Source: Escherichia coli phage vB_EcoM_Shy. From it: a DNA stretch of 64,000 bases. The notes beneath the pieces are model-generated. The model was not told the origin of the DNA. It searched no databases and was given only the letters and a program-made list of their open reading frames with translations. The position numbers and the translations under genes were made by a program. The stretch lies in the sequence record MT833282.1, one strand, 5' to 3'. Numbering within the stretch: position 1 is the stretch's first letter; each line of letters opens with the position of its first letter. This document shows positions 43,004 to 53,704 of this stretch, one piece after another.

Positions 43004-43816
43004 ATGAATACTACTGTAGACCAGATGCTTGAAGAAAAAGGTATTGACGAAGCATTCTTAATCAATGCCGTAGAAAGCATGGCTATGATTCTTCGTGGAA
43101 ATAACTACACAGAACAGTTTATGCCTGCAAGCTATAACTTGCCTAAAGACAAGTCTGATAACGGTGCTTTTGCAGAACAGGTTAATATGATGCTGTGTGA
43201 TAAAACACTTGCTTTAGCATCTATCGTTGTAGGTGTTGATGCTCTTGCAGAGTTCATTTTCTATGAGATGCAGAAAAATGACTATATTGCCATGACCTCT
43301 GAAGAAAAAGACTCGCTACTGCTCTTAGGTTATGATGAGCTAGTTGACCTGTTAATTTCGTCAACAAGTGCTGTTATGGCTGCTCTTGAGAAGCGAATGG
43401 AAGAGAAGCTGTCACGATATGAAAAACTTGATTGGGGTGTAGAAGAGCTAAACCCACGAATCAAAGAGATTATCCAGCAAACTAAAGACTCTTTAGCAGA
43501 AGCTGTGAAAGATGATTCTGTAGCTGATGTAGAACCACTACAGGTGAAGGTTGCTCTGATGATTCCAGCTATTTCTACAATGATGAATATCGTTGCACTA
43601 ATCCAACTTTCTCAGATGTTGGGTGTAACCATTGAGTTCGTTGAGGAGATGACTGGTGGTGTCAGTATGCAAGCAATCAATGATGTTTTGGTAAACATTG
43701 GTGCTTCAATCATTGAAGAGAAGCTGCGTATTAACTTCGGTGATGATTTTGTGAAGCAAATCTCAGCTATGGCTGAAAAAGAGTATTCACAGATTACTAG
43801 TGACCAACTGCGCTAA
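43004..43816 (+). CDS. hypothetical protein
   Basis: 270-aa ORF. Confidence 0.55.
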   Translation: MNTTVDQMLEEKGIDEAFLINAVESMAMILRGNNYTEQFMPASYNLPKDKSDNGAFAEQVNMMLCDKTLALASIVVGVDALAEFIFYEMQKNDYIAMTSEEKDSLLLLGYDELVDLLISSTSAVMAALEKRMEEKLSRYEKLDWGVEELNPRIKEIIQQTKDSLAEAVKDDSVADVEPLQVKVALMIPAISTMMNIVALIQLSQMLGVTIEFVEEMTGGVSMQAINDVLVNIGASIIEEKLRINFGDDFVKQISAMAEKEYSQITSDQLR

Positions 43817-43834
43817 GTCTTTATAAATCTTACA

Positions 43835-43858
43835 AGCCTCCTTAGTTGGGGGCTTTTT
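43835..43858 (+). terminator. rho-independent terminator
   Basis: agcctcc-ttagtt-gggggct then tttt. Confidence 0.45.
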
Positions 43859-43877
43859 AGTAATTAAGGGAGATAAA

Positions 43878-44621
43878 ATGAGTAATATTATTGCATTTAC
43901 TGGAAAGGCACGTTCTGGAAAAGACACCTCATGTTCTATTGTTAAGAATATTTTAGAAGATGAGTATGGCTACAATGTTGCAGTAATGGCATATGCAGAC
44001 AATCTTAAGCTATCTGCATCAAAGATATTTGACCTGACTTGGAATGACCTGTACGGTGAAACTAAAGAGACTCCACAGGTCTTTGATTTATCATACTCTG
44101 AACTTATGACTAAAGTTACGGAAGCTATGGAGTTCACCTTCAGAGATGAACGTTACCATATGGACTTTAAGCTTATGTCAGAGTTAACCGGACGATTAAT
44201 CATGGAACTTAAGAAGGTTGCTAAACCGACTCTATTGACACGTCTGGGATTTAGCAAAAAGTATAAATTCTCATCAAGACAAATTCAACAGATTTGGGGC
44301 ACTGAAGTAATCCGTAAAGTCATGGGTGACAAGTTCTGGTCTAAAGACCTTGAAAAAAGGATGGTAAACTTCTTTGACGTTTGCTCACTTAGGAATCAAG
44401 AAGGTGTTGTTTTAATCAGTGACTTAAGGTTTGACTCTGAAGCTGAGTGGCTGAGTAGATTTGCACACCAAACTATTGAAGTAAAAAGAGACAATGTGGA
44501 CAAGGTTTCATCACATGTTTCAGAAAATGGAATTTCTACCAAATATGCGCGTGACATTATTCATAATAATGGTACTCTTGAAGACCTTGAAAGCAAGCTA
44601 AGAGCTATCCTGAAAATTTAA
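43878..44621 (+). CDS. deoxynucleoside monophosphate kinase (T4 gp1-like) candidate
   Basis: N-terminal P-loop FTGKARSGKDT as in phage dNMP kinases. Confidence 0.6.
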   Translation: MSNIIAFTGKARSGKDTSCSIVKNILEDEYGYNVAVMAYADNLKLSASKIFDLTWNDLYGETKETPQVFDLSYSELMTKVTEAMEFTFRDERYHMDFKLMSELTGRLIMELKKVAKPTLLTRLGFSKKYKFSSRQIQQIWGTEVIRKVMGDKFWSKDLEKRMVNFFDVCSLRNQEGVVLISDLRFDSEAEWLSRFAHQTIEVKRDNVDKVSSHVSENGISTKYARDIIHNNGTLEDLESKLRAILKI

Positions 44622-44629
44622 AAGAGAGA

Positions 44630-44830
44630 ATGAAGATGAGAGTAAAAGATAATTTTAAAGTTATTGACCATCGTTTAGTGGAACTCTCATCTCTTTCCAA
44701 TGAGGTAATGATTGAACGTCTTAAGAGAGTTGAATCACGAAGGAAAGAGATTGCAGATGAAATCCATGAACTGGACAAGATTGAAAATGGATTGAAGGCA
44801 GAACTACAACGAAGAGGTGCTAATGTCTAA
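44630..44830 (+). CDS. hypothetical small coiled-coil protein
   Basis: 66-aa ORF. Confidence 0.45.
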   Translation: MKMRVKDNFKVIDHRLVELSSLSNEVMIERLKRVESRRKEIADEIHELDKIENGLKAELQRRGANV

Positions 44831-46808
44831 AGGTCGTAAATTGAAAGAAGCTGGTCAGTTTATTGGTCATTGTGCATGTCCACGTTGTGGTTCATCAGAT
44901 GCTGGTTCAATCTACCATCATGACGATGATTCTTATTCGATGACTTGCTTTAGCTGTAACAAAGGTTTCCCAGAGTGGGATTTTGATAAAGGACAAATCG
45001 TGAGCACTTATTCTACTGGTTCAGATAATAAAAACCGTACTTTCCGTGGAATGGATTTAGACGATGTAAAAGAAAACCTAGAAGCAATGGACTTGAAAGA
45101 CAGGAAGATTCCTGCAAAAGTTCTTGAACGCTTAGGTATCAAGGTTGACATTGACAGTGACGGCGAAATTGACGCGCATTTCTATCCAACTTACAAACGT
45201 AATGAAGATGGTAAGCTAGAGCACGTCGGTTATCGTGTACGTCACCGTTACCCAGAAGACCACCCAAAAGAACATCTACGCGGTAAGTTAAAAGACTTTT
45301 CAGGTGGTGTTGGGGACATTAAAGGTGAACTGGCAATGTTCGGTTCATGGATTGCTCCAGAAGGTGGTAACCGTCTATTCATTTGGGAAGGTGAGATGGA
45401 ATGTGCCACAGCAATCTACATGACTTCTCTGGCGATTAAAGATAAGTCTCGTCGTAAGAATTACTGTCACGTATCTGTTCCATCAGGTGCAAACATTAAG
45501 TCTATCAAAGACAACTATCAGTACATTACATCATTTGATGAGATTTACTTGTGCTTTGATAACGATGAAGCAGGTGCTAAAGCTACCAAAGAAGCTGCTG
45601 GTATCCTACCTATTGAGAAGGTTCGTTTATTCCAGTACCCAGAAGGCGTAAAAGACCTTAACGAATGGTGGACAAAGTTCTATAAAGAGAAAGACACAGT
45701 TCTGGAAGGATTTAAACAGCGTATCTACAACGCACCTCGTTACTGCCCTGCTGGTATCAAGAACTTCGCAGATGGTTTTGAGGCAATGAAGAATCGTGGT
45801 CAGATTCCATTGATTCCTTTCCCAGAATCTTTCGGAGATTTGAACAGGTTGACTTATGGTGGTTATGGTTTAGGTGAGATTACAACTCTGGCAGCACCAT
45901 CTTCAGTAGGTAAATCAGCATATACCCGTGAAATGATTTACACTGCTTGGAAGGAAACCGATTATAATATTGGTGTAATTCCTGTAGAAGATACCTATGA
46001 AGAGTTGATGGAGATGCTCTGTGCAATTCATCTAAGCAAGCAGATTTCTGAGATTCCTTATGATGAACGTGATTGGGATGAATTGAAGGAAGCACACGCA
46101 GAACTATCTAAAGGTCGTCGTATCCATATCGTTGACCATCAAGGGGCAATTGACCAAGATAACCTACTGGAATTTGTTGACTATCTTGTTAACAGCTTAG
46201 ATTGCAAGATTATCATTCTTGACCCTATCACGTTAGCTCTGTCACGTTCAGATACGGATGAAGAGGAAGTTTTGTCTGAGCTATTGCGTCGTTGCAAACG
46301 CTACCAGTATGCACAGGTAAACGTATGTCACGTTCGTAAGAGTGCAGGTGGTCAGAAAGCTAACTCTGAAGGTGGAGATATCTCTGAAGAGGATATTAAG
46401 GGTTCTGGTGCATACTTCCAGATTTCCATGAACAACATTCTGTTAATGCGTAACAAGGTTGACCCAGACCCAGTTAAGAAAAACTTGACAAAAATCAAGT
46501 TAACTAAGTGTCGTCGTCATGGTAAGTCAACAGGTATTGCTGGTCATACTTGGTACAATCCAGATACAGGACGTCTTATCAAAGCTTCTGGATGTGGTGT
46601 TGATATTGATGGTGCAGCAGAAAATATTCGTCAACAGTTTGGTATTGGTGAAGCTGAAGACCATTATGATGACTCTTTGCCTCATTATGAGGATGAAGTG
46701 TTTGACCGTGAGACTGGTGAAGTCTATACTGAAGAACAGCGTCAAAGCTCAACGATTCCACCTGTATTAAGTGAGGATGCAGATGACTGCCCGTTTGAAA
46801 CTGAGTGA
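44817..46808 (+). CDS. DNA primase/helicase (T7 gp4-like)
   Basis: N-terminal zinc ribbon CPRCGSSD...CFSCNKG, central primase region, C-terminal helicase Walker A AAPSSVGKSA. Confidence 0.85.
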   Translation: MLMSKGRKLKEAGQFIGHCACPRCGSSDAGSIYHHDDDSYSMTCFSCNKGFPEWDFDKGQIVSTYSTGSDNKNRTFRGMDLDDVKENLEAMDLKDRKIPAKVLERLGIKVDIDSDGEIDAHFYPTYKRNEDGKLEHVGYRVRHRYPEDHPKEHLRGKLKDFSGGVGDIKGELAMFGSWIAPEGGNRLFIWEGEMECATAIYMTSLAIKDKSRRKNYCHVSVPSGANIKSIKDNYQYITSFDEIYLCFDNDEAGAKATKEAAGILPIEKVRLFQYPEGVKDLNEWWTKFYKEKDTVLEGFKQRIYNAPRYCPAGIKNFADGFEAMKNRGQIPLIPFPESFGDLNRLTYGGYGLGEITTLAAPSSVGKSAYTREMIYTAWKETDYNIGVIPVEDTYEELMEMLCAIHLSKQISEIPYDERDWDELKEAHAELSKGRRIHIVDHQGAIDQDNLLEFVDYLVNSLDCKIIILDPITLALSRSDTDEEEVLSELLRRCKRYQYAQVNVCHVRKSAGGQKANSEGGDISEEDIKGSGAYFQISMNNILLMRNKVDPDPVKKNLTKIKLTKCRRHGKSTGIAGHTWYNPDTGRLIKASGCGVDIDGAAENIRQQFGIGEAEDHYDDSLPHYEDEVFDRETGEVYTEEQRQSSTIPPVLSEDADDCPFETE

Positions 46809-47064
46809 TAGTTATAAAAGAGAGGGGTTCATACCCTTCTTTGAAGAAAAAAGTTTAAATGAATTTCAGGAAGAGTGTTTGACAAAGATTGATAGGTTCT
46901 ATAGAATGCTCCTCATGAAATGCAATGGGGAGGTTGAGATAAAAGAAGATTTCTACCAAAGCACGATTACAGTCATCGTTGCACTGCCTCAGCATAATAT
47001 CAGTTGGCTGTTTATAATTAAAGAAAATGTGTTTGAATATCAAGTATATCGGAGAATATCATGA
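46771..47064 (+). CDS. hypothetical protein
   Basis: 97-aa ORF overlapping helicase 3' end. Confidence 0.4.
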   Translation: MRMQMTARLKLSDSYKREGFIPFFEEKSLNEFQEECLTKIDRFYRMLLMKCNGEVEIKEDFYQSTITVIVALPQHNISWLFIIKENVFEYQVYRRIS

Positions 47065-47210
47065 AACACTCTAAAGCATTTGAAAAAGTTTTTGGGGATT
47101 CCTTAAAAGCCACTGCTGGAAAACCAGCAAAATACTATGAAGAGAAGCGTGTAAGAACTGGAAAAACTGCACGTAAAGCAGCTTCTAAAGATAAGCACAA
47201 CTTCCAGTAA
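47061..47210 (+). CDS. hypothetical small basic protein (49 aa, below ORF-track cutoff)
   Basis: ATG 47061 preceded by RBS ggaga; hand-translated MKHSKAFEKVFGDSLKATAGKPAKYYEEKRVRTGKTARKAASKDKHNFQ. Confidence 0.4.
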   Translation: MKHSKAFEKVFGDSLKATAGKPAKYYEEKRVRTGKTARKAASKDKHNFQ

Positions 47211-47217
47211 TTAATGT

Positions 47218-47246
47218 TTGACAATAGAGTATCAACAAATTAGAAT
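47218..47246 (+). promoter_or_regulatory. sigma70-type promoter (TTGACA-17-TAGAAT) overlapping an inverted repeat
   Basis: -35 at 47218-47223, -10 at 47241-47246; agagtatc/ggtactct inverted repeat spans the spacer. Confidence 0.45.
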
Positions 47247-47282
47247 TGGTACTCTTCATAAATTGAGATAGAGGTTTAAATA

Positions 47283-48140
47283 ATGTCTAAAGTTGTTAAA
47301 ATGAAAGCTCCGGTAGAGAAGTACAACGGTACTGAACGTCAAACTCTGCGTTACCTTCTGAAAGATGTTTGGTTTTATTACCTGAACACTTCACCACGTC
47401 CGGGAAAAGGTAAATCCATTGATAAGAAATTCCCAGGCAAAGACTGTAACTACAGTGTTTCAATTCTGGCAGAAGATGGTAACAAGCTGTTTAAAGAGTT
47501 CACTAAGTCTAAGAAAAACCCAGAAGGTTGGGATAAAGTTACTACTGAAGCAGTTGATGCAGATGACTTTGAAGAGAAGTTTGGTTGCAAACCACCATTT
47601 GAAGCAGACACTTACTACATCTTGAAAGTAAGTCGTGCAGCAGCTTATAAGGATGGTGCTGTGTGGACAGCTAAACAGTCATTCCCTGTAATGCTGATTG
47701 AAGAAGTAAATGGTAAGCGTGTAGCTGTTAAACAGCCGATGAAGAAAATCAAAGCTCAAGCATCTGACAAACATGAAGATGACAAGAACTATGATGTAAT
47801 TCATCCAGATATCGCAGTCGGTAACGGTTCTTTTGGTAGTGTGATTCTTTCTACTCACTTCTACACTTTTGAGAACAATGTTCTGACAAAACCTATTCAG
47901 GAACAGTTTATCATTGATACACTTGTACCTTACACTGGTGGTAATGGTGCTAATGGCGAACCTGAACTGGATGAAGACGAACTGGCTATGCTTGGCCTTG
48001 ATGGTGTTGAAGATAACGGTGAAATCACTGAAGAAGATGCAACAGACCACAAACCTTCGAATGATTCTGATGATGGTGACGATGAAGACTTACCAGACCC
48101 AGATGACGAAGAAGATGAAGACTTCGATACAGAAGACTAA
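47283..48140 (+). CDS. single-stranded DNA-binding protein (T7 gp2.5-like) candidate
   Basis: 285 aa with strongly acidic C-terminal tail DDGDDEDLPDPDDEEDEDFDTED; between helicase and exonuclease. Confidence 0.55.
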   Translation: MSKVVKMKAPVEKYNGTERQTLRYLLKDVWFYYLNTSPRPGKGKSIDKKFPGKDCNYSVSILAEDGNKLFKEFTKSKKNPEGWDKVTTEAVDADDFEEKFGCKPPFEADTYYILKVSRAAAYKDGAVWTAKQSFPVMLIEEVNGKRVAVKQPMKKIKAQASDKHEDDKNYDVIHPDIAVGNGSFGSVILSTHFYTFENNVLTKPIQEQFIIDTLVPYTGGNGANGEPELDEDELAMLGLDGVEDNGEITEEDATDHKPSNDSDDGDDEDLPDPDDEEDEDFDTED

Positions 48141-48158
48141 TCTCTAAAAGTTACTTTA

Positions 48159-48187
48159 AAGCCCTGTACTTAGTATGGGGCTTTTTC
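48159..48187 (+). terminator. rho-independent terminator
   Basis: aagccc ... ggggct stem then ttttt. Confidence 0.45.
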
Positions 48188-48202
48188 ATATGGAGAGTCA
48201 CA

Positions 48203-49243
48203 ATGGAGAAGTATACGCTAACAAAACTTCCCGATTCAGTTACACATGTCTTTATTGACTCTGATAGTATTGCCTATAAGGGTGCTTGTGTAGTTGAGAA
48301 AGCAAAATATAAATACGTCAATAAACTCACAGCAGAAGAATCTGAACCATTTGATAATGCAAAAGATGCCGCAAGATGGTTAGCAGACCAGAGAATCCTT
48401 GTAGAAGAGCTTGGCCTAACATTTGATGAAGATGAATGGGAAAGACAGACTTGGAAAGAAGCTAAGAGTGAAAAAGAAGCTATAATGGCGACTCAGCAGG
48501 TTCTTCAGGAATGGCTTAAGGTTGTTGGTAAAGAAAGAACTTGGGTAGGTTACTTAACAGAGAAGGGTGTACATAAACATAAAGACGTTAAAGGTCTTGA
48601 GCACCAATATCAAGGTAACCGTAAAGATGCCGTCACACCAACACACTTAGTCGCTTGTCGTGAATATCTTTTATCCAGACCAGAGTTCAAACTCTTAAAG
48701 GGTGGATTCGAAGCTGATTCAATCGTAATTGCTAAAGCTGAAAAGATGGGTAAGAAAGCTGCTCTTATGAGTATTGACAAAGACCTTCGACAAGCTGAAG
48801 GGACTTATTGTATTGATATGACTTATGAAAAGTCACCACTAATTTTTATTGCTGATAATAATGTTGGTGATATCTGGGATTGTCCTATCAAATCAAAACC
48901 AAAAGCTGCAAAAACAGTTGGTGTAGGTTTTAAATTCTTGTGTTATCAGGCTGTTGCTGGAGATAATGCAGACAACTACTTCGGCCTTAAAGGTGCTGGC
49001 AAAGTAGCTGTGATGAATGCTTTAGATGGTAAAGAGACATACAAAGAGTGTCTTGATGCTATCTATGAACTCTATGCTAAAAAAGACTCTTATACCTATG
49101 TGTCATGGGATGGACAGACTGTCACAAAGACACCGTTAGAGTTAATGGAACAGCATTTCTGGATAGCATATCAAGAGAGAAATCCAAAAGATAATTTCTC
49201 TTTTAAGAAATATAATTGGGAGCCGTGTATGAATGAAGATTAA
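48203..49243 (+). CDS. 5'-3' exonuclease / flap endonuclease candidate
   Basis: 346 aa; N-terminal acidic cluster VFIDSDSIAYKG; position after SSB as in T7 gene 6. Confidence 0.5.
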   Translation: MEKYTLTKLPDSVTHVFIDSDSIAYKGACVVEKAKYKYVNKLTAEESEPFDNAKDAARWLADQRILVEELGLTFDEDEWERQTWKEAKSEKEAIMATQQVLQEWLKVVGKERTWVGYLTEKGVHKHKDVKGLEHQYQGNRKDAVTPTHLVACREYLLSRPEFKLLKGGFEADSIVIAKAEKMGKKAALMSIDKDLRQAEGTYCIDMTYEKSPLIFIADNNVGDIWDCPIKSKPKAAKTVGVGFKFLCYQAVAGDNADNYFGLKGAGKVAVMNALDGKETYKECLDAIYELYAKKDSYTYVSWDGQTVTKTPLELMEQHFWIAYQERNPKDNFSFKKYNWEPCMNED

Positions 49244-49730
49244 AGGATTTGGCAATTGTCCTACCTATGGTCATTGGGTATCTTTATGTGGGGAAGTTGA
49301 CCCCACTAAACATTTTGGTTTTGTCTATTTAGTACACTGTAAGAAGACCGGACAATATTATATCGGAAAGAAACAGCTTAATAGTGTGACCAAAAGAAAA
49401 GTTGCTGGCAAGACTCGGAAGAAAGTAGTCACTAAGGAGAGTGATTGGATGACTTATGAGACTTCTTCTGAGTATATTAAAAAAGATATTGAGAGCTTTG
49501 GAAAAGAATTTTTTGACTTTTACATTATCCAAACCTACTACACGAAAGGTGGTCTAGTTTATGGTGAAGCAAACCTCCAACATAAATTCGATGTAATGAC
49601 AAAAAGGATTGACTCTAAGCTCAGACTCTTCTACAATGCCAATATTGCAGCAATTAAGTTTATCACTAAAGAAACTTATGAAGATGCTGAAAAAAGAATC
49701 CATAAGGTAATGAAAGCAAATTGTGCTTGA
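49233..49730 (+). CDS. GIY-YIG-like nuclease domain protein (candidate)
   Basis: GFVYLVHCKKTGQYYIGKK matches the GIY-x9/10-YIG spacing. Confidence 0.45.
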   Translation: MKIKGFGNCPTYGHWVSLCGEVDPTKHFGFVYLVHCKKTGQYYIGKKQLNSVTKRKVAGKTRKKVVTKESDWMTYETSSEYIKKDIESFGKEFFDFYIIQTYYTKGGLVYGEANLQHKFDVMTKRIDSKLRLFYNANIAAIKFITKETYEDAEKRIHKVMKANCA

Positions 49731-49736
49731 TAACTA

Positions 49737-49982
49737 TTGAGAGAGAATAAAATGTTTAACAAAAGTAAAGCTGTGAGTCATGTAGCAAAGGTTGACAGCA
49801 AGATTGAAGAACTTGAGCGCATTCTTGCAAATGCCAGAGAGTCAATAATTAAAGAGGTTGAAGCTGTTGAATCTCAAATGCAGCACCTAATGCTTAAACG
49901 TCAAGAGTTACGTGAGCATCTGGAATATATTGAAACACGAGAGCTAAAAGTTAACAGATTTTTAAGGAGTCCGAATGTTTAA
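49737..49982 (+). CDS. hypothetical coiled-coil protein
   Basis: 81-aa ORF. Confidence 0.45.
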   Translation: MRENKMFNKSKAVSHVAKVDSKIEELERILANARESIIKEVEAVESQMQHLMLKRQELREHLEYIETRELKVNRFLRSPNV

Positions 49983-50730
49983 CTCAAGAGAATCAGTAAA
50001 AAACTGGAATCTTCGTTGCGGAAACACCCAAAAGCAACCTTACAGTGATGAGTATTGGGAATCTTTGAAATCCCAATCTCTGTGTATGCTTGAAGAAGCA
50101 AAAGAGCTTGTAAAAGCAATTGAAGAGAAAGACCCCATTGAGACACTGGATGCTCAGGCAGATTTGCAATACGTTCTTGACGGTCTGATTTATCTGTCAC
50201 AACATGACCACAATGGCGCTATGGAAGCTGTTTGTCATAATAATGACCTGAAGTATACAGACGACTATGAAGAAGCTTTAAAACGTCTTGCAGATATTGA
50301 GAAGCGTACTGGTCAAGAGTGTATTATCAGAATGTCAGTAGTTGATGGTAAAGAGTGGTATGCGATTGTCCGTGCAGCCGATGGGAAGATTATGAAGCAA
50401 TCAAATCTCCCTAAAGTACAGCTTGGTGAATACATTGTAGAACTTGAAAGCCAAGAACTTTTTGTGGTAGTATCTGAGACATGCGTTATCTGCAAAGGTA
50501 TTGTAGGTAGCTTAAAGGATTTGGGTGTAGATGGTTTTGTAGAAGTTAATCCAATTACCTCTAAAGCAGATAAAGATTTCTGTAAAGAGAATGGACTATG
50601 GATTGCAGATATTGTCTACTACGATGGTGAGCAGTTCCATGTAACCTCATACCCGAAACTGAATTATGATGCTAATAACCTGAAGTGCTGGTTAAAAGGG
50701 GTTGGTTATAATGGATTCACAGAACATTAA
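49975..50730 (+). CDS. MazG-like nucleotide pyrophosphohydrolase domain protein (candidate)
   Basis: N-terminal EEAKELVKAIEEKD ... DAQADLQYVLDGL resembles the all-alpha NTP-PPase EExxE...D motif. Confidence 0.45.
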   Translation: MFNSRESVKNWNLRCGNTQKQPYSDEYWESLKSQSLCMLEEAKELVKAIEEKDPIETLDAQADLQYVLDGLIYLSQHDHNGAMEAVCHNNDLKYTDDYEEALKRLADIEKRTGQECIIRMSVVDGKEWYAIVRAADGKIMKQSNLPKVQLGEYIVELESQELFVVVSETCVICKGIVGSLKDLGVDGFVEVNPITSKADKDFCKENGLWIADIVYYDGEQFHVTSYPKLNYDANNLKCWLKGVGYNGFTEH

Positions 50731-51034
50731 TAAAGAAGGTGTGGCTCAGAAGAGCCACTTCTCAAACTACAATATCTCTATGACGGTGTTTATGAATGAC
50801 CCGTTACTTGAGAAGTATGGTGAGACTCCAGATACACTTCTGGATAATGAACAAGTTTTAAAAGCAGTTCTGTACAAATACGGGATTGATATTGAGAAAG
50901 AGTATTCTTTTGAAATCTGTCAACACAGGAATACTTTTGGTAAAGTTGTAATGGCTCCACTCTTCATGGGTGTAGAAAGAACCGACTATGGTTGGTTATA
51001 CCTAAAAAGAAACTTGGAGAAATACCGTGTCTAA
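50702..51034 (+). CDS. hypothetical protein
   Basis: 110-aa ORF. Confidence 0.5.
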   Translation: MVIMDSQNINKEGVAQKSHFSNYNISMTVFMNDPLLEKYGETPDTLLDNEQVLKAVLYKYGIDIEKEYSFEICQHRNTFGKVVMAPLFMGVERTDYGWLYLKRNLEKYRV

Positions 51035-51368
51035 AGCAAAAAAGTTATCTTATGATGACATTATCTCAGGTGCTAAGTTAGGTGTTGACAGTATCGGACA
51101 AGACGTTAAGCACGGAGACACAGTTATGTACTGTGATGACCGAAGAGGGAGAAGTGCAATCTTGTTTGGAAGAATTGTTTGCAAGATGCGAGGTAATTAC
51201 GTTGTTGCAGACATGGATGTGAACGTTACACAAAAACTTGAAACACTTATGGATGATAATACATCATCATCATGGTTCTTCCTGAATTGTATGCACACTT
51301 CTTCAGTCACAAAAGTAAGTGATAAGTTTTACGATATGTGGCAGAATGAGCAAATTTTCAAGATTTAA
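51027..51368 (+). CDS. hypothetical protein
   Basis: 113-aa ORF. Confidence 0.5.
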   Translation: MSKAKKLSYDDIISGAKLGVDSIGQDVKHGDTVMYCDDRRGRSAILFGRIVCKMRGNYVVADMDVNVTQKLETLMDDNTSSSWFFLNCMHTSSVTKVSDKFYDMWQNEQIFKI

Positions 51369-51374
51369 ACTAGG

Positions 51375-51396
51375 GAGCCTCTTCGGAGGCTCTTTT
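51375..51396 (+). terminator. rho-independent terminator
   Basis: gagcctc-ttcg-gaggctc then tttt. Confidence 0.6.
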
Positions 51397-51414
51397 CATC
51401 TGTAGGATTTAAAA

Positions 51415-53649
51415 ATGATTAAGACAATTAAAAAATCAAACGGTACAGTAGTAAACTTTGACCCAGAAAGACTGAATAAGTGGGCATCATGGGCAGATAA
51501 GCGTGGTATTATCTGGTCAGAAGTCACTATGGAAGCCATGAAACGTGTCTATGAAGGTTGCACTACAAAAGAGATGCACCAAGCCATGATTGATGTTTGT
51601 GTTGATAAACAAACTCAAGAGTACTCAGATATGGCTGGACGGCTACTTCTGGGAATTATCTACAAAGAAGCCTTTGGAGGCTTTACTAAGGTTCCTACGC
51701 TGGTTACCTTCGTTAAAAATATGGAGAGAGCAGGACTTTGGGAGAAGATGGACTATTCTCAGGAAGAGCTTGAATATCTGCAAGGGTACATTGTGCACTC
51801 AAAAGATATCTCTTACGGTTATGCAGTCCTGAAACAGTTCAGAGACAAGTATGGTATCCGTGATATTAAAACGGGAAGACTTTTTGAGTCACCACAATTT
51901 ATGTTTATGGGTATGGCTATGAAAGCCTTTGAGAAGCAACCAAAGCACCGTAGACTGCAAGATGTTATCAAGCTGTACACTTACCTATCTGACCTGAAGA
52001 TTAACGCTCCTACGCCTTATCTGAATGGTTTAAGAGCTACTAAATCAGGTTATGCGTCATGCTGTTTGATTAAGGCGAATGATACCGCTGAATCACTTGG
52101 TATTGCTGCAAAGGTTGCTTATGATATGACTACAAAGCAAGCTGGTATTGGGATGCTGATGGAGACTCGTACTATTGGTGATGGTATCCGTCAAAATACT
52201 ATTGAGCACATGGGTAAACTACCTTATTACAAGCTTGTACGTTCATCTGTAGAGGCAAACAAACAAAAGAGCCGTGGTGGTTCAGCTAACAACTTCTACA
52301 CCGCTCTAGACCCGCAGATTGAAGATTTACTGCGTTTGAAGCACCCTACAACGGTTCCTTCGAAACGTATTAACGAGATGGACTACTCATTTGGTACAAA
52401 TGATTATTTCTGGCAGTGTGTTCAATATGATACAGACTGGTTGCTATTCTCTTACAAGGATGCACCAAAGCTCTATGACATGTTCTACACAGCATCTGCT
52501 GATGAGTTTGCTATGGCAGTTGGTCACGCAGTACATTCAGGTGTTAAGCACAGACGGGTGAAGGCTCGTGAAATTGCTAAACTGTTTATCCAGCAGCGTT
52601 ATGCAACAGGCCGTGTGTACCCATTCTTCACGAATAATGCAAACACACATACACCATTTAAAGAGCCTTTGAAGATGTCAAACCTTTGTATGGAAATTGT
52701 GTTGCCAGTGTACGGCTTTGAGAAAGAGACAGACCTTTACAGAGATGATGCTGTGAAAGAGGATGGTGAGGTAGCTCTTTGCTTCCTAGCTAGTTTGGTT
52801 GCAGGGAGAATTTCAGAAGATGAATACGCTGACGTTGCTTATTATGCTCTTGCAATGGTTGACTCCGTTATTGACCTTATGGATTATCCGTATCCGTCGA
52901 TGCGTAACCATGTTCAGAAGCGTCGTTCTGTTGGTATTGGCCTTACAAATGTGGCTCATTACCTTGCAAAAAACTACGTGAACTACTCTTCAAGAGCAGG
53001 TAAGACGAAGCTTCATGAGCTTGCTGAAATGCACTCTTACTACTTACACGAAGCTTCTTTAAGACTTGCTAAAGAACGTGGTGTACCTGAGTATATGCAG
53101 TTCACTAAGTATCCTGAAGGTTGGGTTCCTCCGAAGACAGCTAACAGGAAGATTGATGAGAAGCATGATGCAAAACTTCGTTATGATTGGGATGACTTAG
53201 CACAACGTATTAAAGAAAATGGTGGAATCCGTAACTCTGTATTAGAAGCTTACATGCCTAATGAGAGTTCTTCACTGGCAACTAATACGACAAATGGCTT
53301 GTACCCAATTCGTGACTTTATTTTAACTAAAAAGTCTGCAACTGGTAACGTACTGTTTATTGTTCCAGATTACGAAGAGTTGAAGTATGTCTATGAAATT
53401 GCTTGGGATATTGACACCTTTGACCTGATTGATTGTTATGCAATTGTTCAAAAGTTCACTGGTCAAGCTATCTCTTCAGATTTCTATGTTGACTACGCAA
53501 AAGCTAAGAAGGTATCATTGGCTCAAGCTTTGAAGTATATGATTTATGCCAACTCAGTAGGTATGAAAACCATGTACTATCTCAACAGCCGCATTGGTGT
53601 AGGTAAATCTGCACTGCAAGATGCTTATTGCGAGGGTTGTGGTGTTTAG
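51415..53649 (+). CDS. nrdA: ribonucleotide reductase class I large subunit
   Basis: 744 aa; N-terminal ATP-cone-like segment; followed by NrdB and NrdH. Confidence 0.85.
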   Translation: MIKTIKKSNGTVVNFDPERLNKWASWADKRGIIWSEVTMEAMKRVYEGCTTKEMHQAMIDVCVDKQTQEYSDMAGRLLLGIIYKEAFGGFTKVPTLVTFVKNMERAGLWEKMDYSQEELEYLQGYIVHSKDISYGYAVLKQFRDKYGIRDIKTGRLFESPQFMFMGMAMKAFEKQPKHRRLQDVIKLYTYLSDLKINAPTPYLNGLRATKSGYASCCLIKANDTAESLGIAAKVAYDMTTKQAGIGMLMETRTIGDGIRQNTIEHMGKLPYYKLVRSSVEANKQKSRGGSANNFYTALDPQIEDLLRLKHPTTVPSKRINEMDYSFGTNDYFWQCVQYDTDWLLFSYKDAPKLYDMFYTASADEFAMAVGHAVHSGVKHRRVKAREIAKLFIQQRYATGRVYPFFTNNANTHTPFKEPLKMSNLCMEIVLPVYGFEKETDLYRDDAVKEDGEVALCFLASLVAGRISEDEYADVAYYALAMVDSVIDLMDYPYPSMRNHVQKRRSVGIGLTNVAHYLAKNYVNYSSRAGKTKLHELAEMHSYYLHEASLRLAKERGVPEYMQFTKYPEGWVPPKTANRKIDEKHDAKLRYDWDDLAQRIKENGGIRNSVLEAYMPNESSSLATNTTNGLYPIRDFILTKKSATGNVLFIVPDYEELKYVYEIAWDIDTFDLIDCYAIVQKFTGQAISSDFYVDYAKAKKVSLAQALKYMIYANSVGMKTMYYLNSRIGVGKSALQDAYCEGCGV

Positions 53650-53704
53650 TTTTAATAACTACGAGGGTCGTAAAAGACCCTCTAAAATTAACTTTGGAGA
53701 AACT